DNA of 60,681 nucleotides, counting the filler, from Nemertoderma westbladi (lineage: Eukaryota > Animalia > Xenacoelomorpha): assembly GCA_032718475.1 (NCBI GenBank). It is 3 parts of 3 records of this genome, joined end to end, with 100 filler letters (N's around TTAATTAATTAA, not from the genome) between each part and the next. Parts side by side here need not be neighbours in the genome. Positions count along the whole stretch, not along the records: positions 18,224 to 41,797 come from JAUCBJ010000997.1; 2 more parts are not named here. One strand, written 5' to 3'. The notes beneath the pieces are model-generated. The model was not told where the DNA came from, ran no database searches, and was given only the letters and a program-made list of their open reading frames with translations. Positions 21,401 through 34,443 of the stretch are shown here, one piece after another (the stretch's first letter is position 1; every line of letters starts with the position of its first letter). The position numbers and the translations under genes are program-made.

Positions 21401-22209
21401 GTGCCTATCAGGGTGGATCAATCAATGTCAGTACACAGTTCCGCAGTGCATATCAGGGTGGATCACTCAATGCCAGTACACAGTTCCGCAGTGCCTATCA
21501 GGGTGGATCAATCAATGCCAGTACACAGTTCCGCAGTGCCTATCAGGTGGATCAATCAATGTCAGTACACAGTTCCGCAGTGCCTATCAGGGTGGATCAA
21601 TCAATGCCAGTACACAGTTCCACAGTGCATATCAGGGTGGATCAATCAATGCCAGTACACAGTTCCGCAGTGCCTATCAGGGTGGATCAATCAATGCCCG
21701 TACACAGTTCCGCAGTGTATGTATATCAGGGTGGATCAATAAATGTCAGTACACAGTTCCGCAGTGTATATCAGGGTGGATCAGCCAATGCCAGTACACA
21801 GTTCCGCAGTGCATATCAGGGTGGATCAATCAATGTCAGTACACAGTTCCGCAGTGCATACCAGGGTGGATCAGCCAATGCCAGTACACAGTTCCGCAGT
21901 GCATATCAGGGTGGATCAATCAATGTCAGTACACAGTTCCGCAGTGCATATCAGGGTGGATCAGCCAATGCCAGTACACAGTTCCACAGTGCCTATCAGG
22001 GTGGATCAATCAATGCCAGTACACAGTTCCGCAGTGCCTATCAGGGTGGATCAATCAATGCCAGTACACAGTTCCGCAGTGCCTATCAGGGTGGATAAAT
22101 CAATGCCAGTACACAGTTCCGCAGTGCCTATCAGGGTGGATAAATCAATGCCAGTACACAGTTCCGCAGTGCCTATCAGGGTGGATAAATCAATGCCAGT
22201 ACACAGTTC
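18421..22209. repeat. 45-bp minisatellite, ~84 copies
   Basis: Unit TTCCGCAGTGC(A/C)TATCAGGGTGGATCA(AT/GC)CAATG(C/T)CAGTACACAG, with sporadic indels. Confidence 0.98.
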
Positions 22210-24738
22210 TGAACGGCCTTTATACGATATTTATATCAATAAATGACAAAATAAATTTTGGTCCGGATTCCACCGGCTGCTTATGTAGAAAAATTAAGAA
22301 TATATAATACATATTACACATTTGATCATTTACACATTTGAAATTTAGGTGTTACGTAACGTTTCTTCCCGAACCCATGTAACAAAATACAGTAGCAACG
22401 TTTAAGGTAGACACCCCCCTAGTTAGCGTTACGTACAGGTAATATGTGAACAGCCCCATGAAGGATCTCCCTGCTGGCACCAGGAGAAGGAGCAGACCCT
22501 CTCTCTCCAAAACAAAATGTATGCCATACTTTAGGTACTTTCCTACTAGGCAGCAGGACATGTTAATCTAAGCACCACGCTCTGCTCCCTGGCGATCACC
22601 ACACATTCCAACATGGACGCTGCTCTGCAACCAACCACTTAGGGACCCATCTGTCTTCTTGTTCCGCCCACCACCAGTCAAGAAGACCAACTCTCCTTGA
22701 TCGCAAACCGGCATTGCGCACCTACAGGGGAACTTTTGACGAAAATTAATCATCTTCAGGAGAAAATCTACGAAAATAACTACAAAATGTAGGCCTACAA
22801 GTAAAAATGAAACAACTGTAATCTGAACTATTCTGCTATTGATATAGTAGGCCTACGGCTGGTAACAATAAATTATAGAATAACTGGGAAACAGCACGAT
22901 AAAAAAATGCCCCTAAATGAAATGAGAAATACCAACTGTATATACAGTAAATAAGGCTTGGTTGGATCACTCATGAGCTTTCAACATTCAACTACTGTAT
23001 AGTACAGCATAGAAAACATTGTAGCCTATAGAGACGTTCACACGTAAATGAAAAACACGTTCGTGGGGCCTTCGCGCAGCACGATGCTCAGTTAAACAGA
23101 TTTATTTAACCCCACCACCCCTTATCTCTTAAGGGGAGTATCACCCCCTGCGACTGCAACATTTTCAAGTTTTCTGAAAATTTTTGAAATTTTATTTCTC
23201 CTACTTTTGTGGTTTCATAGAAGGGCTTTCATGTGGTGACATCAGTTATCACCATTGAATAATTTTCCACCACAAAACATGACTTTTCAACAACAGTATT
23301 TATGGCTGATTGATATTCATGACTCTTTGTACTGTATAAAACAACGTTTTCTCAGTTTGCTGATTTTGACTTTATTCATTACTAAATTCCCTACTACTGT
23401 ACTTTTTTATTTTTCACTCAATTTTTATCAAAAATATGCCAAAATGTGCAGCATCTATAGGGCGACAACTCGTGAGTATTGGTTTTGTAAAATATGTCCA
23501 TTTGGATGTTCTATGATCCATTATGTAACTGCTTCTCTTTGTCTACCTCAAAATATATGATGTCCTAAATATTTTTACAGAAGGTAGCCTACATATCTTG
23601 CACAAAAAGTCCCATATTTTTCGAACAAAATGGTTTGCGAAGGTATCCATACTCAGTTTTCTTAGTTAAAGATCACAGCTATACAGTAATTGTGTTAAAG
23701 TTTCAGAGCAGTAGTTATAAAAATAAAAAAATCAATAGATTTGGGTTAACAAAGTTGGTGGATCAATATTATGAAACACAAATTTAAATTGAGTGATTCT
23801 ATAAGGAAAAACGGTTTTTAACAAAACCGCTACTCAATCAAAGAAAGGGAGACCGTCACTCCCCTTCAACCCCCCTTTTAATCAGCACCCGAACCCAAAG
23901 TCACAGACGGTACCAATACACCAGATTAATGGCGAATGTGTTTTATAATCAAGATTGTAGTCTACCCAATATGTCAGAAATATTAAAATGCATCTTATGC
24001 CGATGTATAGGGCCTAGTAATGATATTGAAATAGTACTAAAATATTACCATGTCAACAACTCAGCGAAAGGACTCCAGAAAAATTATAATTATTTTTCAA
24101 TAACATTTAATTTCGCGAACACATAAAATCTCAATAAATACCAAGCCAATATCTTGTAATAGAATCAGTGAATTCCTCTTGAGTAAATTCCAGACTCAAT
24201 ATGAATAAACATTCGAGGGGTCTTCGCGCAGCACGAATTGAGCAAAGCATTAGCATATAGGGGCCCCATTAACGAGCTATCTGTCGTTAGTCAGAAGTCG
24301 TCAATATAATACTCGTCTCCTTCATTTGCCTCGTTGCGTTTGTTCGTTTTTTACCAAACTTCTGATTCTTTATAAACTTATGACAGACTACATACGTACC
24401 AAGTTTCGTTTAATTTCATCAAGGAATAACTGAGTTATTAGCGATCAAAGATTTACGAGGACAGACAACGACGGTATTGTTAATGGCATCCAATAGGCCT
24501 ACTGTAAGTAACAATTATCTGAATTTCATTGACAAACAGGATAGGAGATATGCGTGCAAAGATTGCAAGAAGTGCCGTTCACTTGAGGCATTTATTCTAT
24601 TTAAATAGACACGTACGTGGGGCATCGCGCAGCACGCAAGCTTGCGCAAGTTCGACTTTTTCTCTAGTGCGCCTATACAAAATTTAAATGTTGAAAATGG
24701 ATAAAATCTTCATTCAAAAGTTATGAATTTTTTAAACA

Positions 24739-24853
24739 GGCGGACGGACGGACGGACGGACGGACGGACGGACGGACGGACGGACGGACGGACGGACGGA
24801 CGGACGGACGGACGGACGGACGGACGGGCGGGCGGGCGGGCGGACGGACGGAC
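24739..24853. repeat. (GGAC)n microsatellite, probably the core of a DINE/HINE-like element
   Basis: Pure GGAC run with a few GGGC variants. Confidence 0.9.
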
Positions 24854-25582
24854 ACTGCGTGGCTCGCCCCACAATGTTCTAGAATATTTTGTTTCTGTAT
24901 GAATTTTTGGTCAAAATTAAATATATGTATTAGGGTCTATTATATTAAACTGAAAATTAATATCACATAATTGCACCCCGTAATTACTGTAATATAGACC
25001 TCAGCCATTAAATATAAAAGTATATATAATTGATTACAAGCGATAACTTAACTAAAAATTAAGAAATATAACAAGGTTAAATTGTATTAATTTATAACTA
25101 ACAACAGTTTTTACACTGTAAAACAGCACTTTTTATAACCGAGTCTAACAATAACGTACCTAATAATTTTTACAACTGATATGTATAATAATTATTACAA
25201 TTGAATTACGACCTGTTAATCTGCAGCAGACCTATTAAATAAGTTGGTCTGAGTTAATTTGGTTGGTTGGCTTTGATGACAAAACTTCTTAAAAATGTAT
25301 TAAACGTGTATCTGAAATTTTTATTTTTATGTTGTTGCCAAGATACCAATGTGCAAGGCACACAATAATTTGCGTGAGTGTAATTAATGACTGCGATGAC
25401 AACAATGAATACCGTAGGCCTAATTAGCGAATCTCATGGATGTGCCAATTATCAAAAGTGGCCAATCAGAGGGCAATACAAATACAGTATGTTATCATGT
25501 TTTATCAGTTCCAGAATATTGAATTGGAGGTACAGTAGCGGATAGTAGAGAGGGAAGTCAGATGCAAATAAATATAAATATA

Positions 25583-26124
25583 CACCATCGCGAAATCGCA
25601 CCCTCTGTTCTTCTGGTCATTCTTCACATTAGTCGTAATCATTAGCTTGATTATTTTCATATCATTAGAAATCTTGCCTTGCAAGGATTCCAAATATGTA
25701 ACAATGTTTGAATTTCGTGAGAAACAGCTGAGATATAGGCGTTCAAAGATTGCAAGAATTATTGTTCGCTGCAGGCCATTTATTCTATTTAATAAATACA
25801 CAAAATTCTAGAATGTGTTATTTATTTTATGATTTGGTTGGCAACAGCGGTATTCCTACCCAATATATCTATTGCGTAGCTATTCATACTTAAACAAAAT
25901 GTTCCCGAACATCGTGTATTTATTAAGTAGAATAAATGGCATCTAGCGAACAATACTTCTTGCAATCTTTGAATGCCTATATCTCAGCTGTTTCTCAACG
26001 AAATTCAGATATTGTTACATATTTGGAATCCTTGCAAGGCAAGCTTTCTAATGATATGAACGATGATATAATGCTATGATTGTGAATAATGTGAAGAATG
26101 GCCACGATATGGAAGGTGCGATTT
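25583..26124. mobile_element. Foldback MITE (family B, degenerate copy)
   Basis: The arms are reverse complements (TTGCCTTGCAAGGATTCCAAATATGTAACAAT / ATTGTTACATATTTGGAATCCTTGCAAGGCAA). It shares its core with 42688-43607. The left end is TA-CACC. Confidence 0.8.
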
Positions 26125-27808
26125 GGCAAAAGACACTTTTTTAAAACGCTTATTAAAAAAATTTCATATTATATTAAAATTTGCAAATTTCAAAATTTGA
26201 TTAATTAATAATAAAGTGTCCCCGTTGCCCCGCTTGGGGGCGCAGTTTATTTAAAAAAAAAATAAAGAAAACAAAACAAATTTGCAGTGATTATAATTCA
26301 CATTTATTTTTCATCATGCAAGTTACAATGGCAATTTGATCGTAAACGAATCGCCCTACCTACTTTATACCCTGTTCCTTTTGTTACCTTAGCAACAACG
26401 TGTCAAAAAACAAACCTCAATACATTTCTGTGAAACGTGCTCTCTTCCAACCAAATTAAATTAGTAGACCTATATAAAAAGTTATTCAGAAAATATTATT
26501 AAAATATGGACGTAAATAAAAAACACTTATTAGACCGCCTAATTTAGTTGGGGCTGCAGGGTGATTCTCAATGTTTAAAAATATATTTCTCAAAAAGTAT
26601 GGAAAACAATAAATTCTAAGTCCTATTTTAAGTCCGGAATCAATACTGCTAAAAATTTCGGCAGACCAAAGAAGATTGTCCTTTCCAGCCTGAAATACCA
26701 CGTCCTTGTCTATAATTTAACAATCTCACATACAATTGCCTGATTTCCCACATTTGAAACAAATAAATTGTCTGTGCCTGTAATTTTACCCATTAAAAGG
26801 GTGGCGTAAAGTATTGGGTGTACGATATATTACTAACATTAAACATAACAAATTAAACATTAGTAATATTCTTATGATTTTGACGTGCCGAAATGAAACC
26901 TTTACGACGATTAAGACCGGAAGGGAAGGTTCATTAACTCTATCAGCTTCTCTATGTTCCTCCTCCCAGTTCCTGCGACTTATCCTTCTCTCGGTCAACT
27001 ATAAAATACAGGCGAATACGACGTTTCACTTAAAACTTTTTGTCTACAGTTTTTCTGCATTAGGTTTTGTTCTTGAAGGTCGTAGACACACGTTGATTGG
27101 TCAGTTCACCTGCCAACTGCGTTTAAATAACCTCTTAAACTGTAGTTAACAACAATCGGGACTAAAACACAGGTGGACATTCAACATGAACTTAATTAAT
27201 ATAAAATATTATTATATAATATTTTGGCCAACTTTTTACCACATTTTTATAGAATCCCCCCCCCCCCCCTGCAGCTTATCATGTTGTATTATAGTAACTA
27301 CGACGCGAAATAATTTATTACAAAATTCCTCGTTTTTTTAGGTATCAGTTAAGGAAGGTAATCGTAAGAAATACCTATTCCTAAGAAACAATGACAATTC
27401 TAAGTCTAACACCAAGACTTTAAACATAATATGTTTAAATTTACGTACTTTAGCAGTAGTAATAATATTATTATGATTTAGTATTAAATAATTAATGTAT
27501 TATAAATATTAGGTAGTCTACAGTTTACAAGGCGTGTATATAAAATTGGAAGTAAAAAAAACGTATAACAGACGTGATTGGTTAAGCCACAAAAAATATA
27601 TAATTAATTAATTTTAAATAGTTATAAACCAAAATAAATTAACCATGTTGAACTCACTACGCAGTATAACAATTAATTAAGGTGGCAATATGTTAATTAA
27701 ATGTACATTAAATTGGCGCAATATGAAATTAATTATATGCGCTCTAAATTAAATTTACCAATCTCTCAAACACTCGATTGTATAAAAGTAACAAACATGC
27801 ACCCAAGT

Positions 27809-29148
27809 ATCAATGCTCCCAGAATCAATGCTCCCAGAATCAATGCTCCCAGTATCAATGCTCCCAGTATCAATGCTCCCAGAATCAATGCTCCCAGAAT
27901 CAATGCTCCCAGAATCAATGCTCCCAGTATCAATGCTCCCAGTATCAATGCTCCCAGAATCAATGCTCCCAGAATCAATGCTCCCAGAATCAATGCTCCC
28001 AGAATCAATGCTCCCAGAATCAATGCTCCCAGTATCAATGCTCCCAGAATCAATGCTCCCAGTATCAATGCTCCCAGTATCAATGCTCCCAGTATCAATG
28101 CTCCCAGAATCAATGCTCCCAGTATCAATGCTCCCAGTATCAATGCTCCCAGAATCAATGCTCCCAGAATCAATGCTCCCAGAATCAATGCTCCCAGAAT
28201 CAATGCTCCCAGAATCAATGCTCCCAGTATCAATGCTCCCAGAATCAATGCTCCCAGTATCAATGCTCCCAGTATCAATGCTCCCAGTATCAATGCTCCC
28301 AGAATCAATGCTCCCAGAATCAATGCTCCCAGAATCAATGCTCCCAGAATCAATGCTCCCAGAATCAATGCTCCCAATATCAATGCTCCCAGAATCAATG
28401 CTCCCAGAATCAATGCTCCCAGTATCAATGCTCCCAGAATCAATGCTCCCAGTATCAATGCTCCCAGAATCAATGCTCCCAGAATCAATGCTCCCAGAAT
28501 CAATGCTCCCAGTATCAAGGCTCCCAGAATCAATGCTCCCAGAATCAATGCTCCCAGAATCAATGCTCCCAGAATCAATGCTCCCAGAATCAATGCTCCC
28601 AGAATCAATGCTCCCAGAATCAATGCTCCCAATATCAATGCTCCCAGAATCAATGCTCCCAGTATCAATGCTCCCAGAATCAATGCTCCCAGTATCAATG
28701 CTCCCAGAATCAATGCTCCCAGAATCAATGCTCCCAGAATCAATGCTCCCAGAATCAATGCTCCCAGTATCAATGCTCCCAGAATCAATGCTCCCAGTAT
28801 CAATGCTCCCAGAATCAATGCTCCCAGAATCAATGCTCCCAGAATCAATGCTCCCAGTATCAATGCTCCCAGAATCAATGCTCCCAGAATCAATGCTCCC
28901 AGAATCAATGCTCCCAGAATCAATGCTCCCAGAATCAATGCTCCCAATATCAATGCTCCCAGAATCAATGCTCCCAGAATCAATGCTCCCAGTATCAATG
29001 CTCCCAGAATCAATGCTCCCAGTATCAATGCTCCCAGAATCAATGCTCCCAGAATCAATGCTCCCAGAATCAATGCTCCCAGTATCAAGGCTCCCAGAAT
29101 CAATGCTCCCAGAATCAATGCTCCCAGAATCAATGCTCCCAGAATCAA
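27809..29148. repeat. 15-bp minisatellite, ~89 copies
   Basis: Unit ATCAATGCTCCCAG(A/T), perfectly phased with no indels. Confidence 0.98.
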
Positions 29149-31905
29149 AGAGAAGTTAACTTTTGGAAAATCTTCTGGATATTAACGAAAAATACAATTT
29201 GTTTCTACAATACGAAATAAACTTAACAAATTATAATGATGGGATCTGTAAGATCAGTAATCAGGGAATAGGCTTACAAAATAATCAATTACCTTAATAA
29301 GTAAATTAAAGGCCTAACCACCTTGTGTAAACAGCACAGATAAGCATTAAAGCCAACAAAATAACAAAGTTATAAAAAAAATGTTTAAAAATAAACATTT
29401 TTAGTAAGTTACATATAATTTCGCCTATTTAGAAGGTTCAGGCACAATATTAGTGAATTAAACTTTAGAGTCGGCCTACAAGCTCTCTCCAGGGTATGAC
29501 TCTTACGAATTTCTGGACTGATAGAGCTACGTGTTGTACCTTATGGTTAGTACCAACCGGTTGACACACGTTGGACTTCACTAAACTGTAGTAGTACTCT
29601 TCTTAATCTTAAACCTAGCCATGATATACAATAACAATACATAATATACCTATATATACATAGCCAGTATAATATTGATGGCGAGTTAAAATTTGTAACA
29701 GTTTGGATATAAAAATTCGACGACATATTTTCATTTTTTGATATAAAAAAATTTAATATAATAATTTCACTTTTTGATATAACATAGAAACCATGAGAAA
29801 AGGCGCTTCCAAGTTAGCGACAATGATAATTTCCATAGCAACGCGCTTTTAGTCTGTAATGCTAATAGACCTATTTTAACAATATTGAGCCATCCAAATC
29901 CATCACCGCGACCTTGTTGCTACTAGCTATGGAATTTAAACAAAATAAATATTACAATTTTTAAACAAATTAAATTCGTCATATCCAAAATATTAAACTG
30001 CCTAAATTTCGACTCTTTATTACTCGGCCCGAATATAAAGGCTGTTGCTATGATAATTTTCACCGTTGCTATGATTAAACAGGAGTAAGAGCCAATCAGA
30101 AACCTGGGGCGACCGTTGGTGAAGTCTACCCATATATAATTAATACTATATACTACAAAGATTTAATAAAAAATATTGTACAATTCTAAACTAGAAAGTC
30201 CCAAATTAATTATTTATATAAAAAGTATAAAGAGTAAATAAATAGTATCAAATAGTTGAGGAATAAATTCAAGATTAATTACCACAATTATTGCGGCTTA
30301 CGGCACGGAAGTACATCTATATAAACATTCAGCTTATCTCTGCAGAACTTAAAATATAAACAAATTAATACTTCAGTTAAAAACCGTCTCTTCAGACTCT
30401 TAATATAATTTTTTCAAATTTTTTTCCTATTTCATCTATCGCAGATTTTTATCAAGATTCCAAATTTGAAAACCGTTTAGCAAGATATCTTTTACTTCTC
30501 GAGTTATATCTGTCAGTCCGTTTGACTGTCGGTCTGTCTGTCATTATGTCTCCAAAACAGTAAGAAAGCAATATAGCTAAAAAAAATTCCCGTGGGTTTT
30601 CTTGGTCCGCGACTTCATTTCTGATGTCAAAATTCATATCTGGCCTCGTCTTTTCTGTCTGTTTGTCTGTCAGTTTGTCCGTCAAAATATAACCGACAGC
30701 CAGACAGACAATTTGGAAGTTATCAAATGTTTAATCTGACACTCGAAATGAATTCTGCGACCAGGAAAACCAATATAACTAAACTTTTAGGTAGATGGTG
30801 TGATCGGCTCGTCAGAAAGACCGACAGACAGACAAACAGACTAACCAGATTTAATTTAATGTGAAATCTGACCTCAGAAATGAAATCAGCAATCCGGAAA
30901 ACCCCCATAGCAAAATTCTTAGCATGGTTTTGTGCTTTCGTATTGCTATATATATATTGACAGAAATTCTTACATATTAACAGACAGTTTTTGCGTGGGA
31001 AGGTTGAAAATTTAAAGGTAATTATCTTGGAATGGCATATTTTCATTTTAAATCACTACTCCCCCGCCAATTTTCAACCAATTTGTAAGCAATAATAAAA
31101 TTAGAGCAGTTTTTTTAGCAAACATCTAAGCCAGTACTCGCCCCCCCAACCCCCCCTCCACCCCCCCCCCCCCCCCCCCTACCCCTATCCCCACCCCCTA
31201 CCCCTATCCTTTCCGATAATAAATATTGCGATAATATAAAAGAAAACGACTTGCATTGGCTGATTGAGTGATTGTCATACATCTGAATAATATGGAGAGT
31301 TGTGAGTCATTGTGGAAAGTGGATAGTTTGTCTGTAATTTCAAAGAAACAGCAAAAATTTGAGAATATCTGCGTATCTCATAATTGAGCAACTTTTTGAA
31401 CATAAATATTAATTCTAACAACAATCACCTACAACTAGATTAACGAGGTTACGGATGGGACGTTGACCCTGACATTATTTGTGTCGGAAAAGTGTTAAAA
31501 ATGAAAAATGTTACGGAAAAGTTGGACATCAGTTGGACTAAAGCATAAAATTTAATTAATTAAAACATAAATTATAGTTACTTACTTACTACTGTATAGT
31601 ATATATTACTTTTAATTTTCATTTTTCTACTAATTCCGTTTACTGTTTCTGTGTCCCAGCCCAGGTCATTAAGGTTTATATAAAATCTAATAAATCAGCC
31701 AATAATAATTTCCATTTAAAATATTAAATTCTCAAATGAGCCTCTTACAATCTTACCTACAGGTGCTAAAATATCGAAGCAAATGTACTGCAGCTTAAAA
31801 AGACACCAATTGAATTAGTTATTATTAGGGAGAAGCAAGCCAACAATGATATAACATTTTACCGTATTTTTTTTCACTGATACTGATAACAACCCAAACA
31901 GCTGA

Positions 31906-32839
31906 TCAAGTGACGGCTGTCAGCTCAGTGCCAGGTTTAGCAACCCCAGGTTGGGAGGCGTTATCATTAGAATGTTCTTCCACACTCCCCCTTAGCTTTG
32001 TCCCATTTTCACCTCGCCTACCACCAACACCTTTCCTCATCTTAAACGTGTTCCCAAACCTTTTCATCCTTTCCTTTCGAACTTTCCTCATTCGAGCGGT
32101 TTGGGGGTCGTTTACAGCAAATCTTCCATAAAACCATACGAGGCATCCAAACGTCCCAAACCCAATAATAACCGGAAGAACCGCAGTGAGTTTAACTGGC
32201 CAACTGAAATCAGCGAAGTGAGCGTTAACAAAGGAATCCTCTTGGATATAAGGAAACCCAGTAAACGGGTTGATCGTAGAACTTCGATAGTCGTAAGTAA
32301 GTTGAGTCTCATTAAACTCGGAGAGTTGCGTTGTGTTAGTTACAGTGTAGACCCTCCCAGATGGTCCTACATACTGCCCGAAAGTAAAGGGATCGTAAAA
32401 GATCTGATTTTTCCACATGTTCATATCTAAGATCATTACGATAAAGATGACACCGTAATTGAACCATTTCCCGGTTATATGAACAGACAAATCCACATTT
32501 TTACAGCAGGTAGGAATGGGTATATAGAAAGAGTTTGTGTTGACTCCAGGAAGTTTTATATCTAAACTTCCCATAAAGTGTGGAAACTCCCAATCTTGCA
32601 TTACGATTAGAAGATCCATTACTAAAATGAAACCGGCGAGGTAAGCCCTGCTTAACTCATTGGTGTAAACGTAACCCATATTGAAAGTATCCCAGGAAAT
32701 AACGTCTGTAGTTATAACGCATATAACAATGATAGAGGCTGTTATGGCGACGAACCAGAAGAGAATGATCCGAGTCCATCCCTTCCAGTAACGACGTGGC
32801 AATCGCGCCCAACTCGGGTAATTCTCCTTGTCCTGCAAC
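31906..32839 (-). CDS. TMEM117: Transmembrane protein 117 homolog, terminal coding exon (upstream exons not identified)
   Basis: Motifs NELSRAYLAGFILVMDLLIVMQDWEFPHF and TGKWFNYGVIFIVMILDMNMWKNQIFYDP..GQYVGP match my recollection of TMEM117. Several hydrophobic segments. tttcag acceptor at 32841-32840, TGA stop at 31906-31908. Confidence 0.9.
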
Positions 32840-33892
32840 CTGAAATAAGAAAAATTATTTGTATTAAAGATGTCGTATAAAGTATTACTTTATTGAAAGA
32901 AAAACAGCTCCCATTGGCAATCAGTCAGTAATTCCACAAAATTAATTAGATTAGTGCCCCATGAGTCATGACTAACTGTTAGGGGTAAATTACTGCTTTA
33001 ATTATGGTTTGTGTGTCTGACCAACATCCAACAATCCCAAACCAAAAAAACAAACAATATGTAATAAATAATAATATAATATATAATAATAATAAAGACT
33101 ATGTACCAACCCAACCATATAAAACAATAGGGGCACTACCAAATCGCCATATATTTATTTTCGAGAACATATAGCAAACAGCTCACTCATTAACCCTTTA
33201 TACCCTGAATTATGTTCGACATTGAGTCGACACCAATATTTTAAATGCATTTACTAAAAAGAAGAAAAAAAAATGGTTGACGGAACGCCAGCTGTATACA
33301 ATTGTATACATTATAGGTGTTGAAGTCGTGCTAATGACAAGTGGGAAACGCGACGCAGTATAGTTGATTTCTGCTAATTATGAATAAATTCAAACTTCCG
33401 AAATAATTGGACGGATCCAAGAAGTGGATGTCCTTATTTCTCACGCGTGTTTGTTTGTTTGTCTGTTTGTACACACAACTTCTTGCACTTAATGATGATG
33501 GAATTGGATGAAACTTTGATGATGGGTTCATTATAGAACCTAGTTGTGTAAGCAAGGTTTTGGTTGCGAGGGATCTGTTGGTTGCCTAGCAACAGTGAAA
33601 TTAATTCTAGAATGACCGATCATAATCGTAGAATTCACTCAATCAAAATTCTGTCGACACCCCATAGAAGGGAGCACCTATCTATCGGACATGCTTTATG
33701 CAAAAATTTCGCTTTATTTCATTTAGAATTGTAGGAGAAGATACATTTCTAACAAACAGCGTTTTTTAACAAAGGCACTACAATATTATACTAATTATTT
33801 TATTATCATACTGGCTAGCCATTCCCGAATATCGTTGCCAAGACAACATCCTATTGGAGGTTCAATGTGGAGGTAAGTAGCAGTGTAATTAA

Positions 33893-34411
33893 CCCTTTTA
33901 GTACTGAATTGGAAAATATCTTGTACCTCCAGAACCTGAATATATTTTATGAAATTATAAAAATATTTCTTAAACTTCAACAAATGTCACAGGCTTGCTT
34001 CCTTTCAAAATAATCTATGTTTCCCCAATTATGAGGTTGTTTTTACCGTAGATTTCATTTCCGAAGTCTGTTTTTCTGTACAGCCTATCCTTCCTTATGT
34101 GTCTGTTGTCTGTCTGTCTGTCTGTCTGTCAAATAGAAAAATTGTGTTTCAACTGAAATCTGAATCTCCTTTTGGGTAATCAATGCCGTGGAATTCGAAT
34201 CTAACAATAACTTATTCATTCGATTAGCCGTTCTTCTGATATTGTCTGTCTGTCTGTCATGTTATTATGTCTGTCTGTCAAAATATTACTATCTAATCAG
34301 TTTGTTATTACGAATTCTTAAGAAACATCTAACAGCTCCCAAGTGGCACTGAATGACGTAGAATTCAAACATTGGTTCAGATTATTAAATTATTTATCCG
34401 TTCAGCCAATA

Positions 34412-34443
<32 letters not shown>

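Noticed and set aside
18404-22307. Long ORFs of 167-865 aa (e.g. STQFRSAYQGGSINA repeats)
   Set aside because: By-products of a stop-poor 45-bp satellite. All three frames are open and frequent indels switch frames.
22350-22745. GC-richer block that might be a solo LTR or an exon
   Set aside because: No paired LTR, TSD, PBS or recognisable protein motif.
27701-29220. Four overlapping 448-494-aa ORFs (INAPR, ILGAL, NQCSQ, SMLPE repeats)
   Set aside because: Translation of a 15-bp satellite with no unique domain.
33190-33212. Second piggyBac-like end TTAACCCTTTATACCCTGAATT
   Set aside because: Only a partial match to the TIR, and no partner end was found. The 33893/37894 pair is perfect.
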